Part shown: positions 1-7,623 of the stretch, one piece after another
Layout: each line of letters begins with the position of its first letter
Numbering within the stretch: position 1 is the first letter of the stretch
DNA from: Vitrella brassicaformis CCMP3155
Taxonomy: Eukaryota; Protista; Chromerida
Assembly (NCBI GenBank): GCA_001179505.1
Contig: CDMY01000915.1
Location: forward strand, 1-10,728
Direction: 5' to 3'
Length of the DNA: 10,728 nucleotides
Notes under the pieces: model-generated
Seen by the model: the letters and a program-made list of their open reading frames with translations, nothing else
The model's database searches: none
What the model was told of the DNA's origin: nothing
Made by a program: the position numbers and the translations under genes

Positions 1-289
1 AGGTGGAGGGGGTTGGGTGTAGTCCGATACACGCTCGCTCATCCGAAAAGGAGGAGAAACAGCCGAGAAATCACCAACTCAATCATGGGGGGTTTTAGGA
101 TTCGAAGATATATCACACCGTTTCTCGCGAAAGTGGCACATTCGTTTAGCGATTTTGTCGCATAGGTCGCTTCCCTTCGATGAGCTCTCAACGTCTGACG
201 AAGGAAAAAGCAGGGAACATTTTTGGCGTGAAGGTGTTGGTTGTCTCAGCGCGACTGGTGGAATCGTCCTTCTCTGTCTCATCTCTCAG

Positions 290-375
290 GTAGGTACAAG
301 AGACGAGAAGGTCCACGAAAAAACTCGCTCATTTATGAGCTCGCCAAAGACTTTTCTTCCTGAGTTCTGGTTCAG
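290..375 (+). other. Possible 5'-UTR intron of the downstream orphan gene
   Basis: Donor-like CAG|GTAGGT at 290 and acceptor TTCAG| at 375 give an 86-nt intron ending 21 nt before the ATG at 397. No transcript evidence. Confidence 0.35.
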
Positions 376-396
376 GTTGTGTCTCGCTATCACATC

Positions 397-1034
397 ATGT
401 CGTCGTCGGCCTCGTCGTCTCCCAAGAAGCCCTCTGCCACCACCGCTATTCTGGACACGGCACTGATGGCCAAGTACACCGCCGCTGAGCGGCAGATCAT
501 GTGCCTGACGGTCATGGCATTCCTGATTCCCCAGGGTATATAGAATCAGGGGAAGGGAGCAAGGGTTTGCATTGCAATGCATGGTGGTGTCTCATTGGAA
601 GGTTGCCATACCCCTCCCTCCCTCCCTCCCTCTCCCTGTCTGTCTGTCTGTCTGTCTGTGTGGGCAGGTGCCTCGGCGGCCAGCACGCACTCGCCCAACA
701 GCCCCGCCGTCCCAGCCGTCCCTGCCATCGACCCGACCATCGATATCGACTGGGTGAGAGACAATCACACACTCGCACATATACAAACCTCTTACACGGA
801 GACATCCTCTCACACCAGACCGATGACGAGGCCTGGGACACATACTTGCTTAGGAAGAAGCAGCGCAACTATAAGATGCATCGATCGGGCCCTCTGCCGC
901 CCCCGCCCAGCCCGCCGTCGAAGGGCCCTGAGGACGACGAGGAGGTGTGGGACACCTACCTGCTGATGAAGAAGCGCCAGAACGCCAAGGGCCCCAGAGA
1001 CCCCATCAAACTCCTCGGCCCCGTGCCGAAGTGA
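397..1034 (+). CDS. Hypothetical small protein, probably secreted, with two copies of a D(D/E)E(A/V)WDTYLLxKK motif (146 aa from ATG 397; 123 aa from ATG 466)
   Basis: Exons 397-535, 668-753 and 819-1034 join in frame across GT-AG introns (intron 1 carries (CCCT)n/(CTGT)n repeats). Product: MSSSASSSPKKPSATTAILDTALMAKYTAAERQIMCLTVMAFLIPQGASAASTHSPNSPAVPAVPAIDPTIDIDWTDDEAWDTYLLRKKQRNYKMHRSGPLPPPPSPPSKGPEDDEEVWDTYLLMKKRQNAKGPRDPIKLLGPVPK*. The two motif copies differ at synonymous positions, which supports this frame. Confidence 0.72.
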
Positions 1035-1147
1035 ACACTGATCACATCTATTCAACCACCAACCCAGCGATTGCGTCGAAAGAGGAACAAGCTCGGACTG
1101 CTCTATAGGCGAGGGCGAGCCTGGAGACTGTCCAAGTGCATTGAATC

Positions 1148-1172
1148 GATGGATGGATGGATGGATGGATGG
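1148..1172. repeat. (GGAT)n microsatellite
   Basis: gatggatggatggatggatggatgg seen directly; similar (TCCA)n/(GGAT)n tracts at about 3027-3060 and 3184-3207. Confidence 0.95.
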
Positions 1173-1629
1173 TTCGTGCCCTGCTCCTTTGCCCCCTTTG
1201 CCCCCTTCCTCTCCCCAGTGAGTTGCGTGCCGTCTGCCTGTACCTGCCGCCAGACTTTATATCATTTGCCCCCTCCCCTCCCCTCCCTAGATACACAAGA
1301 TGACATCACACTCCCGTCTCCCTCCCACCAACAGGTAGTAGCCACTGGTATGGCGTGGAGTGCCGTGAAGGTTTTGTTGTCACTGTCATGCATGGCCTGG
1401 CTGTGGTGGGTGCATGGTGGGATGGACTGATGAATGGACGAGACACGAGACATCAAAGAGCGAACGTGCGATGAGACTGAAGCTATCTCTCTCTTACGGG
1501 CACAGACACACATGCATTCAACGCTAAATCGAAATAGTCCTATTTCCTTCCGTATTCACATGCACAGACACACACACACACACAGACATGCATAAAGAGT
1601 CCAAGACCTACCTGCCGCAGTCAGTGCTC

Positions 1630-2493
1630 TCAGCGTCCTTTCAGCCATGTGAACAGACAGAGCAAGAGTACAAACCACAGGAGCAGCGAAAGAGGCTCAG
1701 TGGTCATGAGCCCCCTGCTGATGAGGACGTCTCCTCCCCCTCCCCCTCCCCCTCCCTGCCCGCCATCCGCCCCCGGCTGAGACTCACCGGCCGTGTCGTT
1801 CCTCGACGGCTGTGGTGACACTGTCGTCACATCTGCCAGCACCGGCCACATTGTCAACCCATATCCACCAGCGTGCATCGTGTGTGTCATTTCCTGCGAT
1901 CGACATAGTTACTTACTTTGTGTGTGTGGCTGTATGGTTGCGTTGAGTGTAGGAGTGGGTGTGGGTGTGGGTGTGGTTACTGCCGGGAATGGTGTTGTGG
2001 GGGATGATGTCTCCTCCTCTGTCAAATCCTCTGCACACACAGAAGCCATCCTTCGGTCCACCCATCCATCGCTGTATATGCGGCCGTCGTGGATGTGGCT
2101 CACCATCGATGACGCCCCCGGCGGACTCAGCTGACCGAAAGAAAGAAAGAAAGAAAGAAAGAGCATGCAAGCAGGCGTCTGTCTCTGTCATCGTAAGTAC
2201 CTTACCTGCACACAGCGTCTCATTTCTGCACGGCTCCTCCTGGAAAGCAAGTAAACCGACCAGACCAGACCAGACCATGGCATGCAATGGAATGCATGGC
2301 CGGAGGCACAAGGATATCAACATCCGTCAATGTGTCCGCCAGCCACAGTCAGTCAGGGTATGCAAGAGAGGACGTCCGTACGTGTGGATTCAGTGCAGTG
2401 GGCCGACTCCTTCCTGCTCTCATCGCAGGCCACACTCTCCCTGTCCTGACAGCTGTCCTGCACTGACGCGTCGAACTGCAGCCGCTCGCCAGT

Positions 2494-2534
<41 letters not shown>

Positions 2535-2857
2535 GGCTGACACTCGGGAGGGTCTGGGGATCTGCGTGTGTGCCCACGTATATATGCTACGGACCGGGTT
2601 GAGTTCATGTTTGCACCACTTTTTGCCGAATTCGAAAGGGAATGGGTGGTCCCTGGGGCACAGCCCACACGTGCCTGCCAACTTGGTCCTGTTGTGCTGA
2701 CCCTCGCACCTGCACAGTTATTCACACACCCATACACCCCAGACCTTGATCCCATCATGTCTGTCTGCATCGGATTCCTTCTTTTGTTTTGTGAAACACA
2801 CGCTGCGCATTCGCTCCATTCGCTCCACTCGGCCGCTTCCACACTCGAGGGCGCACA
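1630..2857 (-). CDS. TSP1-like Cys-rich surface protein with Thr/Pro stalk and C-terminal hydrophobic (GPI-signal or TM-like) tail; 5' end unresolved
   Basis: Manual model on the minus strand, exons 2857-2802, 2709-2595, 2496-2374, 2239-2206, 2130-2104, 2030-1917, 1832-1630. Product: CAPSSVEAAEWSEWSECAACEGQHNRTKLAGTCGLCPRDHPFPFEFGKKWCKHELNPSTGERLQFDASVQDSCQDRESVACDESRKESAHCTESTRTDEEPCRNETLCAAESAGGVIDEDLTEEETSSPTTPFPAVTTPTPTPTPTLNATIQPHTQNVTTVSPQPSRNDTAGESQPGADGGQGGGGGGGGDVLISRGLMTTEPLSLLLWFVLLLCLFTWLKGR*. WSxWSxC..C..R.T is the TSP1 signature, and there are five N-x-T sequons. The donor at 2373 (GTCCTC) is weak and the last exon is uncertain. The first exon may extend to an in-frame acceptor at 2959. 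No start codon or signal peptide was found. Confidence 0.62.
2137..2161. repeat. (GAAA)n microsatellite, forming the polypyrimidine tract of a minus-strand intron
   Basis: gaaa repeated six times, lying just before the CAG acceptor at 2131 on the minus strand. Confidence 0.9.
2499..2529. repeat. (AC)n microsatellite, read as (GT)n abutting a minus-strand acceptor
   Basis: About 15 AC units; the minus strand reads ...gtgtgtAG|AGCACT. Confidence 0.95.
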
Positions 2858-3332
2858 CTGCTCATTCCCCATGTTTTCCCAACGGGGGGAGGGGAGGGGG
2901 GTGAGAGGCCGAACTGGGGCCACCGATCGGTGGTTGGGCCCCATTGGACGGCTCTTCGTCTGTCTCCAGGCATGGCTCACACAAACAAATGACTGACTGA
3001 CCGACTCACGTGCGTGGACAGTCCGATCCATCCATCCATCCATCGATGCCATCCATCCATATCTTTTGTCCACCAACCAATCAATCAATGTACTCTACAC
3101 CCCGTGGCCACCGACACGCATGTCTCCATCCGCAGGCCGGGCCACAATGAATGACAGCCCGCCCCGCCGCACTCACAGAGCTTATCCATCCATCCATCCA
3201 TCCGATCCATCACACACATTCGCACCGGTCCCGCCACCACACACAGCACACACAGGGGGCGGCGAAAATGACTGACTGACGGGTGGCTGCATCAATGCGA
3301 TATATGCAGTGGGGGAGAGGGGGGGACAGGGG

Positions 3333-3632
3333 NNNNNNNNNNNNNNNNNNNNNNNNNNNNNNNNNNNNNNNNNNNNNNNNNNNNNNNNNNNNNNNNNNNN
3401 NNNNNNNNNNNNNNNNNNNNNNNNNNNNNNNNNNNNNNNNNNNNNNNNNNNNNNNNNNNNNNNNNNNNNNNNNNNNNNNNNNNNNNNNNNNNNNNNNNNN
3501 NNNNNNNNNNNNNNNNNNNNNNNNNNNNNNNNNNNNNNNNNNNNNNNNNNNNNNNNNNNNNNNNNNNNNNNNNNNNNNNNNNNNNNNNNNNNNNNNNNNN
3601 NNNNNNNNNNNNNNNNNNNNNNNNNNNNNNNN
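3333..3632. other. Assembly gap (300 N)
   Basis: Run of N. The true length may differ from 300. Confidence 0.99.
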
Positions 3633-3962
3633 GGCACATACATATTTGACACACGAAGAGAAGGCAAAAAAAAAAGGGACAGGGGGGAACCCTCATTCAT
3701 TCACACCAACAAGAAGCAGGTCGACAGACGGTCTGTATCTGTGTGTGTCATGTGTGTGTGTGTGTGTCATGTGTGTGTGTGTGTGTACCTCGGGGCATCT
3801 GTAGTTGTATAGGTAGTACTGCAGGAACCCGTCGCCGATGCCAAACTTCAAATCCTGGCAGCAGGCACATACATATTTGACACACGAAGAGAAGGCCACA
3901 CACACACACACACACACACGAACCCTCATTCATTCACACCAACAAGAAGCAGGTCGACAGAC
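3633..3962. repeat. Direct repeat: two copies of a bipartite intronic segment (identical 33-bp and 43-bp arms, different spacer) flanking NMT exon 14
   Basis: ggcacatacatatttgacacacgaagagaaggc at 3633-3665 and 3864-3896; gaaccctcattcattcacaccaacaagaagcaggtcgacagac at 3687-3729 and 3920-3962. Spacers are a10gggacaggggg (21 nt) and (CA)n (23 nt). Confidence 0.95.
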
Positions 3963-6590
3963 AGTCGTCACTCGCTCCATCGTCCAATCCAATCCAATCC
4001 AATCACCTTGAGTATTTTATCGTTTTCCATGACGTCCAGTGCGTTGAACACATCAAACCCCCTTCAAACAGAGGACAGCACAGCACACATGAGGAGGGAG
4101 ACAGATCATCACCGGCAAGTGATTGAGGAATGAGTGCCCCGCCTCTCCGTTCCTACTCGATTTTCGCCAGAGTGAGTGCGTCGTTCATGAGGTCCTTGAG
4201 CGGCACCGTCTTGGCCACGTTGTAATAGGAGTACGCAGCCTGATCGAATGGGATCGGTCGACGCCGTCGATGGCTGACCGTCTCTCTGTCTCTCTCTGTC
4301 TCTCCCTGTGTGTGTGTGTGTGTGTACCCAAAGTGTTTTGTGTTTCTCGTTGCCGATGACGCTCGACGGCAGCGAATAAAACGACAGGAAATCCGTCACC
4401 TCCTCTGCCACAAGAGATGCATCCCCACACACACAAACACACACACAAACACACACGCGCTTTACACACGCACCAGCCTGTCTGTCAATGTGTGTGTTGA
4501 ATCAAATCAATGCTCAGCTCACTGTTGATGACTCTGACGTACGAGTAGACGACCCCCGCCCGCGGCATGAGCCAGTGGCGCACCTCCTCCTCGTCCAACG
4601 TCGGATGCAGCTGATACGAACTGACAATCAACACCACACAAACAAACCACTCCACTGGTGTGTGTGTTCAGAGATCTTCCCCCCTGTGTGAGTGAGTGTG
4701 TGTGTGTATGTGTCTGTGTGTGTGGTTGTAGGTCGCCCGCTCACGCACCTGAGGTAGTCGGCGAGCAGCCGTGTGACCTCTGGGATGTCACACGCCTCCA
4801 TCCCACGAATGCCTTCCAGCTGCCGAACCGACACACACCCACAACCACACCCACACCCCAGCCATCCACCGTGTGCGTGTTGATAGGTCCATCCTGCCCT
4901 GGCTCGCTGGCTCGGCTTCTCACCACAGGGTCGTCAGGCAGCCTGTAGAGCTTTATGGCACGGCTGATCGTCATATGACGACCCAGGTGACTGAAACCGA
5001 CCTAACCAACCACACAACACAACTCACAACAAGTCTGCCTCTGTCTGCAGAGCTCGACTCGACCAGACTCACTCACTGACTGACCTCGAAGAGCTTCTTG
5101 GGGTTGAGTGACCTGTGCCAGTAGCGGCAAGAGGCCACGGGCTTCGGGAGGGTGACGCCGGCGGTGTAGACGGCCTGCCATCTGTTGGTGAGGTTGACCC
5201 GCCGTGTGATCTCCTTGATCAGCACGGGCGCCAGCCGCTTGGACCGCAGCTTCTTGTGCACACACAGGAAGTTGATCTCGGCCATGTCGATGACCGAGTC
5301 GTATATCTGTCACACACACATGCATCGCATCACGCACGCACCATCCATGCCATGGGTGCGTGTGTGTGAGGGGCTGGCTGGCTGCAGCCCTCTCCCCTCC
5401 CTGCCCTGCCCTGCCCTGCGGCTGGGCTGTGACGGCACGGCACGCACCCTGATCTGTGCGGGGATGCCCGTGATGAAGCCGACCAGCTGATCGAATCAAT
5501 CAGACGCAATGACGCCATCCATGATCATCAGCGGTGGACGGTGTCCCATCCTATCCCCATCTCATCCCATCCCGGCCCCGTACCTTCTTCTTTTTGTCCT
5601 TGACCCGCACACCCACATGCCAATCAGACACGAAACCTACACACACAAGGTCAGACACACACACACACACACACACAGACAGACAGACAGATGGGACGAG
5701 AAACGGCCGTTGGTCTATGCCCACCCACCCCACCTGGTGGCGTGAGCGCCCAGTGCAGGAATGCGACAGAGTAGTCGAACCTGAACATGTTGTCGTCATC
5801 CTCCACGTAGTTCTCACTCAGCAACGTGTAGATCTGCACCGCACCCACACCACACCACACCACACCACCCATAAGCACCCACAGACACACCGACATGGCA
5901 CACAGAGCTTGTGCGTAGCTCCTGTCTATCTATCGCCAGTGGCTGTCTTGTCTGCCTGTCGGATCGGACCTCGGTCATTTCCTTCTCGTCCGTGACGTCG
6001 CAGGTGGCCCATTCGAACTGGTCCGGCAAGGCGTACGGCTCCTGACGCACCTCACCAGGCGTCTTGTCCTCCTCCAATGGACCACACGCCTGCATACAAT
6101 ACACCCAGCCACAGGGAAGACGATGGATGCACACAACCACACCACATCATGCATGAGTTCTCTGTCTGTGTCGGCCTGTCTGTCTGTCTGTCTGCAGGCG
6201 TGTCGCTGACCGCGTCTTTGAGTTCGTCTTTGAACTTGGGCACCGGCTGTGTGTCCCAGAACTTGTGTGGCCGCTCCGCATTCCTCCTGGAATCCTCACA
6301 CACACGAGAACCTGCAAGTACACACAGATACACAACACACAGCAAACCTCATGCACCCTGATGATTGACTTCTGACCTCTGATGATTTCATATAGCTGCC
6401 TGTCCGTCTTGAGATCCTTCTGCGTGTGTGCGTTGGCCAGCAGGCTGGAAGAGGGGGCTGCCGCTGCCTCGGCGTCCCTGGGCGCGGCGGTGGGCTCCTC
6501 GGCTTCCTTGTCGCGCCGCTTGACCTTCTTCTTGGTCGTGCCGTTGGTCGCTGTCGGCATCTCGCCATCCTCCTGCTGAGAGTCTGACAT
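3789..6590 (-). CDS. NMT: Glycylpeptide N-tetradecanoyltransferase (N-myristoyltransferase); final exon missing, probably in the gap
   Basis: Exons on the minus strand: 6590-6377, 6311-6211, 6089-5970, 5833-5734, 5636-5584, 5486-5448, 5306-5085, 5001-4924, 4819-4749, 4620-4523, 4404-4328, 4239-4157, 4061-4007, 3854-3789. Phases are consistent and give 459 codons. Hallmark NMT motifs: [111 protein letters not shown]. The exon 1/2 junction is the least certain. Confidence 0.97.
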
Positions 6591-6605
6591 TTTGTTCTCC
6601 CTTTT

Positions 6606-6681
6606 CTGTAAGCTAAGCTCGCAGAGGTGCGAGCTTTTTTTGGCCAGGACAGGGCTCTCGGTCGGCCACACATGTATTCAC
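6606..6681 (-). other. Possible 5'-UTR intron of NMT
   Basis: Minus-strand donor AAG|GTGAAT at 6681 and acceptor TTACAG| at 6606 give a 76-nt intron ending 15 nt before the NMT ATG. Confidence 0.4.
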
Positions 6682-6697
6682 CTTCTCGTAAGAGGAA

Positions 6698-6702
<5 letters not shown>

Positions 6703-6756
<54 letters not shown>
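6703..6756. repeat. Compound (CT)13(GT)14 microsatellite upstream of NMT
   Basis: Seen directly. Confidence 0.95.
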
Positions 6757-7056
6757 CTGTGGACCGTCTGCCAGGAGACAGAGCTCCCGGCGCATTCTTG
6801 TATAGATGCCAGCAGCTAGCAGTGACTTATGTAAGGCCTGAGGTCCCTCGCTAGGCCTCTTCTGCAGACGACTATCGCAGTGCGTGAAGGCCTTGTGACG
6901 TGCGTGGCACTGCACTGTGTGTGGCTGCTGTTCAAGAGACCAGAAAGTTTTGCCATCCGTGTGTGGGGCATTTTCTTCGTTGATCCGTTCGTTCGTTCGT
7001 TCATTCGTTGGTGCGTCCCTCGTCGTTACGTACGCGCAGATACACACACCCATATG

Positions 7057-7095
7057 CAGACAGACAGACAGACAGACAGCCAGACAGACAGACAG
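7057..7095. repeat. (CAGA)n microsatellite, interrupted
   Basis: cagacagacaga... seen directly; related tracts at about 5676-5690, 6177-6194 and 7470-7500. Confidence 0.9.
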
Positions 7096-7623
7096 CCCAC
7101 ACAGCATGCAAGAATGAATGGATTCTCCGGCCGTCCGTTCCGTCCAGCTATGCTATCCACCCACCCATCCCTCGATATATCCACAAGGTGTGATGTGTGT
7201 ATCTGTCTGTTTTGCGACACGTGCGAAGCAAGCCAACGTGTGAGAGGGATTGTGTTGGTGTCGACACACTTGCAGCCATGCCATGCCATGGGTGCGGTGG
7301 ACAGGGAGAGAAAAGGAAAGGGAGACAGCCAGGCGCATGGCAGGCAGGCAAACCAACCATAATGTTGGCATCTTGAAAGACACACCACAGCCAGAGGATC
7401 CATAGGATGCTTAGTTGTCCTACACACACACGGGGGAGGTCAGCCAGACAGAGGGCAGGCAGGCGGTACGCAGACAGACAGACAGAGAGAGAGACGGACA
7501 GACAAGACAGGCCAACTCACACCCACCCCCCTCCCTCCCTCCGATACGGCCCAGCTACGACCGCCCCCTTGTCACTCACTCCACCGCACCGCATCCATTC
7601 CCCCCCCCCTCACCCACTCGCGC

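Noticed and set aside
1-289. Repeat-free segment examined for tRNA, snRNA, snoRNA or spliced-leader RNA
   Set aside because: No cloverleaf, Sm site in context or properly spaced C/D or H/ACA boxes seen; more likely promoter/UTR. An Infernal/Rfam scan would settle it.
1894-1916. A 23-nt GTAAGT...CGCAG mini-intron on the minus strand
   Set aside because: Far shorter than the other introns here (about 65-190 nt). The 84-nt intron to the acceptor at 1833 gives a more coherent stalk (NVTTVSPQPSRNDT).
2920-2933. Perfect 14-bp palindrome CCACCGATCGGTGG
   Set aside because: Single copy in GC-rich sequence with no target-site duplication or partner; no evidence of an element.
2800-2959. Alternative frame reading VCALECGSGRVERMERMRS, also TSP1-like, joined to an upstream DEEPSNGAQPPI exon
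   Set aside because: This frame does not continue through the 2801/2710 splice into the Cys-rich exons, whereas the WSEWSEC frame does and matches the TSP1 consensus better. Treated as coincidence, though not excluded.
2960-3332. Possible 5' exons of the TSP1 gene or the last exon of NMT
   Set aside because: Mostly (GGAT)n and (GT)n sequence. No signal peptide exon or VGLVLL-like terminus could be built, despite several donor-like GTGAGT/GTCAGT sites.
3789-3854. NMT motif reads YLYNY rather than the usual YLYNW
   Set aside because: As I recall, Tyr at this position also occurs in fungal NMTs; a conservative substitution.
3633-5733. AC-repeat/GT-repeat pairing across introns as a splice-site bridge, as described in fish
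   Set aside because: Individual introns mostly carry either AC or GT tracts rather than complementary pairs at both ends.
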